Shown: positions 40,161 through 49,940, counted from the first letter of the stretch. The stretch: 64,000 nt of DNA from Candidatus Kerfeldbacteria bacterium (GCA_047946875.1 CP181398.1:79154-143153); one strand, 5' to 3'. The notes: a model not told the origin generated them from the sequence alone. Numbers and translations: made by a program.

Positions 40161-40745
40161 ATGGAAAACATTTTACCTCAAGCACCCTCACCTATAAATC
40201 AAAAAAAAGTACACAAAAAATCAAAATTTTCGGCAGTGGCAGTAATATTCGTTATTATTTTAACAGTAGTGCTATTCATTTTTGGTGAAAGATTAATTGC
40301 TGATCTTAATCAATGGATAAATCCTGCATATGATCAGTATGGTAGTGTACGTAGTTATAATTATGAACCAAGTTATGATTATTATGGAGCAGCACCAGAA
40401 AAAACTTATACTAGAGCTGATTATGAAATATATAAATTATTAATTCATACCGCATTTGCTGTACCAATATTACTTGCTGGATTTTTATTATATTTTTGGT
40501 TGTATTACAAAAAGAAAAAAAGTGCTAACAAAGTTATTGCCTGGCCATATTTTATTTTTGCTATTTGGATGTTGATTAGAGTGGTTTATCAAGCTTTCTA
40601 TTATTTGATCAAAGAATATGAAAAAGTTGGTATATATGTCGTACTTATAATTTTAGTTGCTTTGTTAACATGGTTGGCAATATTTGTTCAAAAAAAATAT
40701 CATGAAAAACATAATATAAGTATTGATGACGAAGGAGAAATGTAG
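40161..40745 (+). CDS. hypothetical polytopic membrane protein
   Basis: Four predicted TM helices; Tyr-rich loop YNYEPSYDYYG. Confidence 0.35.
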   Translation: MENILPQAPSPINQKKVHKKSKFSAVAVIFVIILTVVLFIFGERLIADLNQWINPAYDQYGSVRSYNYEPSYDYYGAAPEKTYTRADYEIYKLLIHTAFAVPILLAGFLLYFWLYYKKKKSANKVIAWPYFIFAIWMLIRVVYQAFYYLIKEYEKVGIYVVLIILVALLTWLAIFVQKKYHEKHNISIDDEGEM

Positions 40746-40746
40746 T

Positions 40747-41103
40747 ATGTATGAGATTAAAAAATTTGACGTATTATCTACAGCCAGAATTACAGCATTT
40801 GTTATTACCGCAGTTTATCTAGTAGCTGCTACAAGTTTAGTAATAATTTTATTTATTACAAACGATTATGCAACGAGACATTTCTTTGAACCTGAATTTG
40901 ATGATTTTACTTTTGTAAGCGTATTAGGTATAGCAATCATAGTTGGGATAGTAGGATTTGGGGCTGGAGCAGCTGGTTCGGCTGTTTATAATAAAATAGC
41001 CGGAAAGTTTAGTGGGGTCAAGATGGACATTGAGATGATAGATGATGAATCTTATGTGCAACCTCAAATGGATAATACTCCTAAGCCACCCCAACAAAGT
41101 TAA
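40747..41103 (+). CDS. hypothetical 2-TM membrane protein
   Basis: Start chosen at MYEIKKF (ATG 40747) with RBS gaaggag; the upstream gene ends 2 nt before it. Confidence 0.35.
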   Translation: MYEIKKFDVLSTARITAFVITAVYLVAATSLVIILFITNDYATRHFFEPEFDDFTFVSVLGIAIIVGIVGFGAGAAGSAVYNKIAGKFSGVKMDIEMIDDESYVQPQMDNTPKPPQQS

Positions 41104-41122
41104 TTATTAATTTAATATTTGC

Positions 41123-41608
41123 ATGGCAATCCCGAAAAAATTATTGAATCATTTAGATAAGGCAAAAGCTAAGTTCGAAGTTTTAGAGCATAAGACAGTG
41201 TATACAGCTTATGATTTAGCAAAAACGACTAAGAGTAAATTACAAGAGATCGCAAAGACTGTATTGGTAAAAGCAGATAAAAAATATTTTTTAGTTGTTG
41301 TGCCCTCACATTATCAGTTGGATTTTTCAAAACTCAAAAAAATATTGAAAGTTAAGAAGGTGAGCATGGCCAAGGAGAATGAGATGAAAAATAAATTTAA
41401 GGTCAAGCCGGGAGCTATAACTCCTTTTGGAACAATACATAAAGTTGAAGTTATCGTTGATAAGACTTTATTAAAGTTGAAGGATGTCGTTCTGGGAGGA
41501 GGTAGTTTTACTGACAGTATTAAAATGAAAATAAAAGATTTTATGAAAGTAGAGGAGGAGAACGTCCAAGCAGCTTCAGTAGCTAAGAGAGATAAGACTA
41601 AAAAATAA
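41123..41608 (+). CDS. YbaK/ProX-family aminoacyl-tRNA deacylase (Cys-tRNAPro editing domain)
   Basis: The ...LEHKTVYTAY...TVLVKADKKYFLVVVPSHYQLDFSKLKKIL...KPGAITPFG pattern matches YbaK. Confidence 0.7.
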   Translation: MAIPKKLLNHLDKAKAKFEVLEHKTVYTAYDLAKTTKSKLQEIAKTVLVKADKKYFLVVVPSHYQLDFSKLKKILKVKKVSMAKENEMKNKFKVKPGAITPFGTIHKVEVIVDKTLLKLKDVVLGGGSFTDSIKMKIKDFMKVEEENVQAASVAKRDKTKK

Positions 41609-41612
41609 AAGA

Positions 41613-42338
41613 ATGGTTTATAAAATAAAAATAGAAACATTTGAAGGTCCGTTAGATTTATTACTCCAGTTGATTGAACAGGAGGAGATGGATATTACTC
41701 AAATAGCATTAGCTGGAGTAACTGAGCAGTATTTGGGTTATATTAATGATTCTCCAGACATCCTTACTGAGGAGCTTGCAGATTTTTTAGTTGTTGCTGC
41801 TAAACTTTTGTTAATCAAATCAAAATCATTATTACCAAATTTAGAGATAGATGATGAGGAAGCGATAGACCTTGAAAGGCAACTGAAAATATATAAAGAG
41901 TTTCATGATGCCTCAAAAGTATTACATAAAATGATTAATAAAAAACATTTTTTGTTTTCTAGAGAGAAAGCCGCAGTTTCAATGGATAAGATATTTAATC
42001 CTCCAGAAGATCTGACCACAACTAAATTACAAGAATTATTTGCAGATGTTTTAAGTGGTTTGGAACCATGGATAAATTTACCTACCGAGGTTATCAAAAA
42101 AACTATTTCTATTAGAGAGAGGATAGGCAATATTAGAGAAATGATTACTCACGAAGCAAATATGAGCTTTAAAGCTTTACTTAAGACAGCTAAAGATAAA
42201 ACGGAGGTAATTGTAACTTTCTTGGCAATTTTAGAACTTGTTAAACAAAAGACAGTGGCCGTTGTTCAAGAAAACCTTTTTGATGAGATTCATGTTCAGA
42301 AAATTAATGAAGAAGATCAGAAAACTGATATTGAATAA
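41613..42338 (+). CDS. scpA: segregation and condensation protein A
   Basis: YKIKIETFEGPLDLLLQLIEQEEMDITQIAL is the canonical ScpA N-terminus. Confidence 0.8.
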   Translation: MVYKIKIETFEGPLDLLLQLIEQEEMDITQIALAGVTEQYLGYINDSPDILTEELADFLVVAAKLLLIKSKSLLPNLEIDDEEAIDLERQLKIYKEFHDASKVLHKMINKKHFLFSREKAAVSMDKIFNPPEDLTTTKLQELFADVLSGLEPWINLPTEVIKKTISIRERIGNIREMITHEANMSFKALLKTAKDKTEVIVTFLAILELVKQKTVAVVQENLFDEIHVQKINEEDQKTDIE

Positions 42339-42355
42339 TAATTCATGACAAAGTT

Positions 42356-42412
42356 AGATCCGACCTGCCCGCTCCGCCATAGCTTTAGCGAGGCGAGTAG
42401 GCAGGCTCTACC
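42356..42412 (+). repeat. GC-rich imperfect palindromic element (REP-like)
   Basis: gatccgacctgcc ... gtaggcagg arms. Shares gatccg(g/a)cctgcc and gtagg(t/c)agg with the element at 38263. Confidence 0.35.
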
Positions 42413-42441
42413 GTAAAATATAAAATAATTTAAATAAATAT

Positions 42442-43092
42442 ATGAAAACAAAAAATTTAATCGAAAGTCTTCTCTTCATTTCCGGGAAGCCAGTATCAAT
42501 AAAAAAATTAACAGAAATTTTAAAGAAAGATAAGAAAGAAATTATGGAGGCAGCTGAGGAGTTGATAAATGAATATAATGTTGACGAAAAAGGAATTCAT
42601 ATTCAAAAAACCGCAACCTCATATCAAATGGCAACCAGTCCACAGGCAACATACATTATAAAGGATTTTGTAAAAGCTGAACAAACTGGAGAATTGACTA
42701 GACCATCTTTAGAGACATTGACTATCGTTGCTTATAGGGGGCCAATAACAAAAGCTGAGTTAGAACAAATTCGTGGTGTTAACTGTAGTCTTATTATACG
42801 AAATTTACTTATTAAAGGTTTAATAGAATCAAAAGAAGATAATGAAAAAATGGCGACCATATATAATATTACTTTTGATTTTTTAAAATATCTTGGTTTG
42901 GATAAAGTTGAAGATCTTCCTGATTTTGAAAAATTGAATAGTGATGAAAATTTGAAAAAACTTATTGAGGAAAAGATATTAAATAAAGATGATGTAAAAG
43001 AAGATTCTAAGAAAGAAGTAAAAGACGAACAATCTCCAAAAGAGGATTCAGTTAATGAGGTGCCTGATGATAAAAAGGAAAATAATAACTAG
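42442..43092 (+). CDS. scpB: segregation and condensation protein B
   Basis: Tandem winged-helix N-terminus LIESLLFISGKPVS and an acidic C-terminal tail. Confidence 0.8.
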   Translation: MKTKNLIESLLFISGKPVSIKKLTEILKKDKKEIMEAAEELINEYNVDEKGIHIQKTATSYQMATSPQATYIIKDFVKAEQTGELTRPSLETLTIVAYRGPITKAELEQIRGVNCSLIIRNLLIKGLIESKEDNEKMATIYNITFDFLKYLGLDKVEDLPDFEKLNSDENLKKLIEEKILNKDDVKEDSKKEVKDEQSPKEDSVNEVPDDKKENNN

Positions 43093-43095
43093 ATT

Positions 43096-44031
43096 ATGCT
43101 AGGTTATTTATTAGTTGTACTATTACAATTAAATGATATTGACCATAATTTTGATGCAATGAATCTTGATCCAGCTGTCCAACAGGCAATAATAAAGAAT
43201 TTAGAATCTTCTGATTATCAGACACCGTATCAAATAAATCATTATTTGCCCCCATTAAAAAATTCAGATCTGTTACAAACTAAACGAGTGATATCGGCTA
43301 GCTCTTATATGGTTATAGATTCAATGAGTGGAAGCGTTTTGAAACAGAGTAGCTCAACTGATAAAATGCCGATAGCTAGTTTAACTAAATTGATGACAGC
43401 TATAATTTTTTTGGAAGCGGGGATTGATTTTTCTAACGAGATAACAATAGAAGCATCTGACAATAGTAATATTAGCGGAAGTCATCAATATATACAGGCT
43501 GGAGAAACAATGACAGTAGGGGATTTATTTTATACAAGTTTAGTTGGTTCTTCTAATAATGCAACTAAAGCACTCGCTAGGTCAACAGGATTGGATGAAA
43601 GTGATTTTGTAGCTAGGATGAATAAAAAAGCGACGGACTTAGGGTTGCTTGATACAAGTTTCGAAGAGGTGACAGGGCTTAGTCCGAATAACACATCGAC
43701 AGTAAGTGATTATGCAAAAATTGCCGGTCATGCATTTAAAAACTTAACCATTGCAGAAGCTTTGAATAGATCTGAATATACTTTCAAAACGACAACCAAT
43801 AGATATCATAGAATTAGTAATACAAATAAACTATTGTCAGACAATGATTTGCAATTTGTAGGAGCAAAGACAGGGTATATCGATGAGGCGGGTTATACTT
43901 TTGTCTGTCAGGCCATAGAAGATGGTAATAAAATAATGGTAGTATTATTTAATAGTGATTCAAGTCAATCTAGATTTGATGAAGTTAAAACTTTAATAAA
44001 CTGGGCGTTTGATAATTATCGTTGGTTATAA
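43096..44031 (+). CDS. D-alanyl-D-alanine carboxypeptidase, peptidase S11 (low-MW PBP)
   Basis: The SxxK (PIASLTKLMTA), SxN (GSSNNA) and KTG (GAKTGY) motifs are present. Confidence 0.7.
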   Translation: MLGYLLVVLLQLNDIDHNFDAMNLDPAVQQAIIKNLESSDYQTPYQINHYLPPLKNSDLLQTKRVISASSYMVIDSMSGSVLKQSSSTDKMPIASLTKLMTAIIFLEAGIDFSNEITIEASDNSNISGSHQYIQAGETMTVGDLFYTSLVGSSNNATKALARSTGLDESDFVARMNKKATDLGLLDTSFEEVTGLSPNNTSTVSDYAKIAGHAFKNLTIAEALNRSEYTFKTTTNRYHRISNTNKLLSDNDLQFVGAKTGYIDEAGYTFVCQAIEDGNKIMVVLFNSDSSQSRFDEVKTLINWAFDNYRWL

Positions 44032-44046
44032 ACAAAACATTAAATT

Positions 44047-44544
44047 ATGTTTCATATAGATTACGCATCAATATTTCAAAATTTTTCACCTGAACTTGCT
44101 ACTGTTTTGATAGCAATGTTACCGATAGCAGAGTTGAGAGCAGCAATACCTGTAGCTATAGTTGGATTTGAAATGAGTTGGTGGAGTGCGTATATTTGGG
44201 CAGTAATTGGGAATATTATACCTGCATTTTTTCTGGTGTGGTTATTGGATCCTGTTTCAAAATGGTTAATGAAACATTCTAAGATATTTAATAAATTTTT
44301 TAATTGGGTATTTGATAGAACTCGTAAGAAATTCACTACACGAGCCAAACGTTATGGTAGTTTTATAGCTCTGGTTTTGTTCGTAGCTATACCACTGCCT
44401 ATTACTGGAGCTTGGACAGGTTCAGTTGCAGCATTTTTGTTTGGTATTTCATTCAAAAAATCTATGACAGCAATTACCACTGGAGTATTGATTGCTGGGC
44501 TAATAGTTAGTATTATGACTATAGGAGCAGTAACAATTTTTTAA
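44047..44544 (+). CDS. small membrane protein, COG2426 / putative small multidrug export family
   Basis: Motifs MLPIAELRAAIPVA and ..ALVLFVAIPLPITGAWTG..; four TM helices. Confidence 0.45.
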   Translation: MFHIDYASIFQNFSPELATVLIAMLPIAELRAAIPVAIVGFEMSWWSAYIWAVIGNIIPAFFLVWLLDPVSKWLMKHSKIFNKFFNWVFDRTRKKFTTRAKRYGSFIALVLFVAIPLPITGAWTGSVAAFLFGISFKKSMTAITTGVLIAGLIVSIMTIGAVTIF

Positions 44545-44554
44545 ATAAATAAGT

Positions 44555-45328
44555 ATGAATAAAAAGCCATATATTGTCGCTAATTGGAAAATGAGTTTAG
44601 ATAAAATAAGTTTGGAACGATTTTTTGATAATATGGATTGGGAAAATATAGATCTGGAAAAGATTAATGTAATTTTATGCCCATCTCATGTTTTTATGTG
44701 TAAAACTAGAAATCAAATTGGAGATAAGACAATAGGTTTAGGTGCTCAAAATATTTTTTGGGAGGCAAGTGGTGCTTTTACTGGAGAAGTCTCTGCAAAA
44801 CAATTAGTCGATGTCGGATGTCAATATGTAATTGTTGGTCATTCTGAAAGACGTGAGATTTTTCATGAGACTAATGAAGTGGTAAATTTGAAAATCGTAC
44901 AAGCATTAAAAAATAAATTAAAACCGATAATATGTATTGGTGAAAATTTTGAGGAAAAAGAAAATGGATTAACAAAAAAAGTTATTGAAGAAAAACTAAA
45001 TGAAGGTTTGCAAGATATCTCACCGGCAGATATGCGTAATGTGTTAATAGCTTATGAGCCAATCTGGGCGATCAGTACCAACAAAGATAATACGGGACAA
45101 GCTGATAGTCCTGAGTCAGCACAAGTAGTCCATAAATATATTAGAAAATTAATATCGGGTTTATATGATGTGCGGATAGCAGAAAATTTACCGATTTTAT
45201 ATGGTGGTTCTATTAACCCAGAAAATATTGAAGGATTTTCTAAAATGGATGATATTGATGGAGTTTTAATTGGTGGGGCCAGTAAAGAAGCATCTTCATT
45301 CCAAAAAATTATTAATACTTATTTATAA
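44555..45328 (+). CDS. tpiA: triosephosphate isomerase
   Basis: VANWKM, VIVGHSERR, AYEPIWAI. Confidence 0.9.
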   Translation: MNKKPYIVANWKMSLDKISLERFFDNMDWENIDLEKINVILCPSHVFMCKTRNQIGDKTIGLGAQNIFWEASGAFTGEVSAKQLVDVGCQYVIVGHSERREIFHETNEVVNLKIVQALKNKLKPIICIGENFEEKENGLTKKVIEEKLNEGLQDISPADMRNVLIAYEPIWAISTNKDNTGQADSPESAQVVHKYIRKLISGLYDVRIAENLPILYGGSINPENIEGFSKMDDIDGVLIGGASKEASSFQKIINTYL

Positions 45329-45334
45329 AAATAT

Positions 45335-46207
45335 ATGTTGGTACACCTTTCGGACTTATTAGAAAAAGCAAAAGGACAAGATTACGCGATTGGCGCTTTT
45401 AATATTGAGAATTTAGAAACTACAATTGGCGTAGTGCGGGGGGCAATAAAAATGAAAGCTCCGATTATTCTGCAAGTTTCAGAAACCAGTATACAATATG
45501 CTGGTTTAAAAGCTATTACTGGTATAGTACAAACTATCGCAGCTAATGAGGCGGAGGACGTACCTATAGCTTTGCATTTGGATCATGGAAAGAGTTTTCG
45601 TTCGGTAGCCGAATGCGTAAGGGCTGGTTTTTCTTCTATAATGATGGATGCTTCTGATATGCCATTTATGGAAAATATAGTTTTGACGAAACAAGCGGTA
45701 GATTTTACACATCGAAAAAATGTTTTAGCACAAGGTGAACTAGGTATTGTAAAAGGTTTAGAGGAGGTAAGTATTGAAGAAAGAAAACAAATGATGACTA
45801 ATCCTGATGAAGCTGAGGAATTTGTTACAAAGACAGGAGTTGATACATTGGCTGTAGCAGTTGGTAATGTACATGGTATAATGAAAATGCAAAAAGGAAA
45901 TCCTGGTCTTGACTTAGATAGGTTGGAAGCTATTCATAAAGTTATTCCAGACACTCCTTTAGTTTTGCACGGTGCTTCTGGATTACCGCAAAACCAGATT
46001 CACGCAGGTATAAATTTAGGAATAACAATAATTAATATTGATACAGAGTTAAGAGTTGCTTTTACAAACTCATTAAGGGATACATTAAATAATGATAAGG
46101 ATAGTTTTGATCCAAGAGAAATATTAACACCTTCTATCATGGCTATTCAGAAAGTAGTAGAAGAAAAAATAGAAATTTTTGGGAGTGGAGGGGAAATTAA
46201 AAAATAA
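45335..46207 (+). CDS. fba: fructose-bisphosphate aldolase class II
   Basis: AFNIENLETT, HLDHG and GASG.P motifs. Confidence 0.85.
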   Translation: MLVHLSDLLEKAKGQDYAIGAFNIENLETTIGVVRGAIKMKAPIILQVSETSIQYAGLKAITGIVQTIAANEAEDVPIALHLDHGKSFRSVAECVRAGFSSIMMDASDMPFMENIVLTKQAVDFTHRKNVLAQGELGIVKGLEEVSIEERKQMMTNPDEAEEFVTKTGVDTLAVAVGNVHGIMKMQKGNPGLDLDRLEAIHKVIPDTPLVLHGASGLPQNQIHAGINLGITIINIDTELRVAFTNSLRDTLNNDKDSFDPREILTPSIMAIQKVVEEKIEIFGSGGEIKK

Positions 46208-46229
46208 CTTATTATTAAATAAAAATAAT

Positions 46230-47234
46230 ATGGCAACAAAGATTGCAATCAATGGGTTTGGTAGAATCGGGCGAGCTTTCTTTAAGCTAGCTTTCGATAA
46301 TAAGGATTTAGAAGTCGTAGCTATAAATGATACAAACGATAATGCTACTCTAGCTCATTTGTTAAAATATGATACAGTCTATGGTAAATTCGATCATGAT
46401 ATTACTACTAATGACAAGGAGATTATAGTAGATGGTATAAAGTATAATTCTTATGCCGAGAAAGACCCTACAAAGCTTCCATGGGAAGAATTGGGAGTAG
46501 ATATTGTTTTAGAATCTACTGGTAAATTTCGTACGGAAGAAGAAGCAACTGAACATATTAAAGCAGGAGCTAAAAGAGTAGTAATTTCAGCACCAGCAAA
46601 AGGCGGTGATGTCCAGACTGTAGTTTTTGGGGTTAACTATGATGAAAAAGATGATCATAAAGTAATATCTAATGCATCGTGTACAACAAATTGTATAGCT
46701 CCAGTAATGTCTATAATGAGTGGTAAATTTGGAATACAAAAAGCAGCTATGACTACTATTCACTCATACACTGCTGATCAAAATTTGGTTGATGGGTCAC
46801 ATAGTGATTTACGTCGAGCAAGGTCAGGTGCTGAGAACATTATTCCTACAACTACTGGTGCAGCTAAAGCTACTGCGATTACTATTCCAGTTTTGGAAGG
46901 AGTATTTGATGGAATTGCAATTAGAGTTCCTACTCCAGTGGTATCATTATCCGACATTACGATGCTGTTAAAAAAGAAAACTACGGTTGAAGAAATAAAT
47001 AAAACTTTTATCGAGGCTAAAGATACTCCTCGCTATGAAGGAGTTCTTGATGTGACAGACGAACCTTTGGTTTCTTCAGATTTTATTGGGAATACTTATG
47101 CTAGCATTGTAGATTTGTCTTTAACTAAGGTTATAGATGGAGATTTAGCTAAAATTATTACTTGGTACGACAATGAATGGGGCTATTCTAGTGCCTTAAT
47201 AAAGGTTTGCTATGAAACTGGAAAAAAGTTATAA
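46230..47234 (+). CDS. gap: glyceraldehyde-3-phosphate dehydrogenase
   Basis: INGFGRIGR and SCTTNC. Start at ATG 46230 (MATKIAINGFGRIGR); the ORF-track start at 46179 overlaps fba. Confidence 0.9.
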   Translation: MATKIAINGFGRIGRAFFKLAFDNKDLEVVAINDTNDNATLAHLLKYDTVYGKFDHDITTNDKEIIVDGIKYNSYAEKDPTKLPWEELGVDIVLESTGKFRTEEEATEHIKAGAKRVVISAPAKGGDVQTVVFGVNYDEKDDHKVISNASCTTNCIAPVMSIMSGKFGIQKAAMTTIHSYTADQNLVDGSHSDLRRARSGAENIIPTTTGAAKATAITIPVLEGVFDGIAIRVPTPVVSLSDITMLLKKKTTVEEINKTFIEAKDTPRYEGVLDVTDEPLVSSDFIGNTYASIVDLSLTKVIDGDLAKIITWYDNEWGYSSALIKVCYETGKKL

Positions 47235-47287
47235 TTATTGTATAAATAAATAATATTTTATCTTATTTATTGAAAGGGGGTGAAGTT

Positions 47288-47464
47288 ATGAAAAGTAAAT
47301 ATTTGCCAGCATTATTCGCAATATTTGGTTTAATGTGTGGTATTTTTGGTTTTTTTACAGAGGTAAGAGAGCATATAATTATCATTTCTTCCGCCTTCTA
47401 TTTACAAATGTCTATCGCGTCATTTTTGGCTGCAATCTACTTCGAGTTAGCCAGAAAAAAATAA
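47288..47464 (+). CDS. hypothetical 58-aa 2-TM mini-protein
   Basis: RBS GAAAGGGGGTGAAG before ATG 47288 (MKSKYLPALFAIFGLM...). Confidence 0.3.
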   Translation: MKSKYLPALFAIFGLMCGIFGFFTEVREHIIIISSAFYLQMSIASFLAAIYFELARKK

Positions 47465-47583
47465 AAATATATTACTAGAAAAGCAGTAACAGGCTTAAGA
47501 AAAATGTCTGCTGCTTTTCTATCTCTAGTTATATTTATTGACACTTAAGTTAATAATGATATACTGGTGAAAATAACAATTGT

Positions 47584-47658
47584 GGCGCCATCGTCTAGTG
47601 GCTAGGACGCATGGTTCTCATCCATGTAACAGGGGTTCAATTCCCCTTGGCGCTACCA
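47584..47658 (+). tRNA. tRNA-Glu (anticodon CTC), CCA encoded
   Basis: GGCGCCATCGTCTAGTGGCTAGGACGCATGGTTCTCATCCATGTAACAGGGGTTCAATTCCCCTTGGCGCTACCA has a Glu-type D-loop and anticodon loop TTCTCAT. Confidence 0.8.
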
Positions 47659-47678
47659 CTTTCGTATTAATAGGTATT

Positions 47679-47706
47679 AAGCTTGGAATTATCATTAAGC
47701 TTTTTT
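47679..47706 (+). terminator. possible terminator after tRNA-Glu
   Basis: aagctt-12 nt-aagctt (self-complementary hexamers) followed by TTTTTT. Confidence 0.3.
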
Positions 47707-48010
47707 GTATAAAGGATTCGAACGGGTAGGAGCGAGGCTACTTAGGACAGCATTGGACTTGAACATAAAAATATGGAACAATAAATATGAACGTTGAAAA
47801 GTAGTATATAAGCTCATAGTAGACATGATACAGGGTCGGAAAATGTAAAATTAAGACAAAATAGAGGATACTAAATAGCATTGTTGATCACAATCGTATA
47901 TTATCTAAAAATTGAGATTGAACAGCAAAAAATTGATGTAATTGAATTAAAAAAATTGCAAAAATTTATTATAAAAAGATTGAGTTTTTCATTAGTTAGC
48001 TATATATAAT

Positions 48011-48580
48011 ATGATAATCTTTAAGAAAAAAATAACCTTTCCACAATTTATTGCTGATGTGATATTTAGTGAATTTGATCAATTTGGTAAATATATTGAT
48101 GAATGGATCCCAATGGCTGATGAATTTAAAGTCTTACAGCATGAAGATAAAGAAGAACTGAAGGAGCTTGGCAATGCATTAGTTGTTGCGGATGTGCTTA
48201 CGAGTAGTCTTATACATTTTAAAGAACGAATTACAGAAGAAGATAATGGTAGGATTGTTGCCACTCTATATATTAAGTATATGAAAGAGGCAAGAAAATA
48301 TCCTGATCAAGTTTGCGAAAAACATAGAAATATCTTAGCTAAATTATTGGACGAGTGTAATAATTTTGATGCACAAGATGTCAAAGACATTAAAGGTGAA
48401 GATAACCAATCAAAATTTGCCTTATGTAGTGCTTTTGCAAAAATATTTGTGGGAAAAACTAGTCTTCTGAATGAGGTTGGTAAAGGTAAAAGTTTTGCTG
48501 CATTTAAATTGGCAAAATGTTTAGTTAAGGTGGACTACTTAGCTGGTATGCTAAAAAAATATAAAGTAATTTTTAATTAA
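48011..48580 (+). CDS. hypothetical protein (189 aa), soluble
   Basis: Long ORF with no recognisable motif. First gene after the tRNA-Glu plus 350-nt noncoding gap. Confidence 0.35.
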   Translation: MIIFKKKITFPQFIADVIFSEFDQFGKYIDEWIPMADEFKVLQHEDKEELKELGNALVVADVLTSSLIHFKERITEEDNGRIVATLYIKYMKEARKYPDQVCEKHRNILAKLLDECNNFDAQDVKDIKGEDNQSKFALCSAFAKIFVGKTSLLNEVGKGKSFAAFKLAKCLVKVDYLAGMLKKYKVIFN

Positions 48581-48588
48581 ACTTTAAC

Positions 48589-48957
48589 ATGAACATGGGA
48601 ACCGACCCCCAAAGGCACCAAGTTTACAGAGATAGGGGAAATACGCTTACAGTAACGCTTATTACACTTAGCGGCGGCCTTCTACTATGGACCACAAGCT
48701 TATTTAGCTCAGCCAAAGAAGAAAATATTCTGATTTACTTTATCATATTTTTTTCAGTATTATGTATTGTTTTTTCTTTACTTGGAATGAATACCCATTA
48801 TAAAGGCTATATGCTTGAGGCGAGGTCAGAGACAATTCCAAATAAAGAGGCAAATGACGAGTTCAAGAAAGCTGATTGGCAGATTCCGGCCGCATTATAT
48901 ACATTTTTTGTTGCTGGATTACTCGGCATCATTCTGCTTATTATGATGAAAATATAA
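48589..48957 (+). CDS. hypothetical 3-TM membrane protein
   Basis: Hydrophobic segments; the 5' part is markedly more GC-rich than its surroundings. Confidence 0.35.
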   Translation: MNMGTDPQRHQVYRDRGNTLTVTLITLSGGLLLWTTSLFSSAKEENILIYFIIFFSVLCIVFSLLGMNTHYKGYMLEARSETIPNKEANDEFKKADWQIPAALYTFFVAGLLGIILLIMMKI

Positions 48958-49010
48958 CCATGCATTTACGAGTTAATTGAAAAATGTATTTTTTTTGCTA
49001 TACTTAATTT

Positions 49011-49505
49011 ATGGAAAAAATATATACTACAATTAAATCAAAAGGGATTATGGGAATTTATTGGGTTAGCCCTGTCTTTATTTTGTTTATGATGTTTGGA
49101 GTGCCATTTTTAGCTGACGAAGAAATGAGTGGAAATGATAGGAATGTTTTTTTTATAGTGTTCGGAATTATTTTTATCTGGCTGTGTTATATAATTTATA
49201 GAATATATAAGATGAGATATGTTATTAATAATAATGAAATAACAATCCATGGAGCTTTCAATAAAAATGTGATTAAAATTAATGAAATAGAAGAAATTAA
49301 AAGATCACCTATTCCATTTGGGATTAGGTTATTTGGCGGATTATTTATTGGTGGCAGATATTATCTTCCGGGGATAGGTAAAGCTTGGGTAGCTATGACA
49401 AATTTTAAAGATGGAGTTTTTATAAAGACACGAGCTAGTGAAAATTATGTAATCACTCCAAAAGATCCAGATGATTTTATTACTTATGTAACTAATAATA
49501 AATAA
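49011..49505 (+). CDS. membrane protein with bacterial PH-like (bPH_2/YdbS-like) domain
   Basis: Two N-terminal TM helices followed by a ~100-aa beta-rich domain (..ITIHGAFNKNVIKINEIEEIKRSPIPFG..). Confidence 0.4.
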   Translation: MEKIYTTIKSKGIMGIYWVSPVFILFMMFGVPFLADEEMSGNDRNVFFIVFGIIFIWLCYIIYRIYKMRYVINNNEITIHGAFNKNVIKINEIEEIKRSPIPFGIRLFGGLFIGGRYYLPGIGKAWVAMTNFKDGVFIKTRASENYVITPKDPDDFITYVTNNK

Positions 49506-49548
49506 TTAATTAATAGTCTATCGAGGATAGACATAGGGGAATAACAAT

Positions 49549-49887
49549 ATGAATTTCATAATACGTCTAATATTAAATGCTGCTGCATTACTATTGGTAG
49601 CCTATTTAGTGCCAGGTTTTGAGGTAGAGGGTTTTTATGCCGCTATTATCTCTGCTGTAATATTGGGTCTTGCTAATGCAATCATCAAGCCAATACTTGT
49701 ACTACTCACTTTACCAATTACTATTTTAACGCTTGGTTTGTTTACTTTGGTAATTAATGGTGTCTTAATATGGTTTGTGGCTAGCTTTATTGAAGGTTTC
49801 TCAGTTGACGGATTTGTTACAGCCTTGATTGGTGGGGTAATCTTATGGGTAATCTCTTGGTTTACTAATGCGCTGACAAAGAAGTAA
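49549..49887 (+). CDS. DUF360 / phage-holin-4_2 family membrane protein (holin-like)
   Basis: LLVAYLVPGFEVEGFYAAIISAVILGLANAIIKPILVLLTLPITILTLGLFTLVINGVLIW fits the YvlD/DUF360 consensus closely. Confidence 0.55.
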   Translation: MNFIIRLILNAAALLLVAYLVPGFEVEGFYAAIISAVILGLANAIIKPILVLLTLPITILTLGLFTLVINGVLIWFVASFIEGFSVDGFVTALIGGVILWVISWFTNALTKK

Positions 49888-49907
49888 AATATAAAGAAAT
49901 TAAGTAT

Positions 49908-49940
49908 AAAATACCTTATAGAAATATAAGGTATTTTTTT
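49908..49940 (+). terminator. rho-independent terminator
   Basis: aaaataccttat-agaaat-ataaggtatttt followed by TTTTT. Confidence 0.45.

Noticed and set aside
46179-46229. Upstream extension of gap (ORF-track start 46179) overlapping fba
   Set aside because: The conserved GAPDH N-terminus MATKIAINGFGRIGR begins at ATG 46230. The extension would overlap the fba stop and adds non-homologous residues.
47712-47775. Minus-strand GTTCGAATCC / GTTCAAGTCC T-arm-like motifs downstream of tRNA-Glu (possible pseudo-tRNA or att remnant)
   Set aside because: No complementary T-stem or acceptor stem could be folded around either motif. They are most likely chance matches in AT-rich DNA, and a scar of tRNA-targeted integration cannot be shown from this window alone.
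47659-48010. 350-nt noncoding stretch after tRNA-Glu considered as a structured ncRNA (SRP RNA, tmRNA or 6S)
   Set aside because: No conserved motifs of those RNAs were recognised (no GGAAGCAGCCAAGG-like SRP domain IV, no tag-peptide reading frame). It is left as unassigned intergenic sequence that may hold a promoter and an att site.
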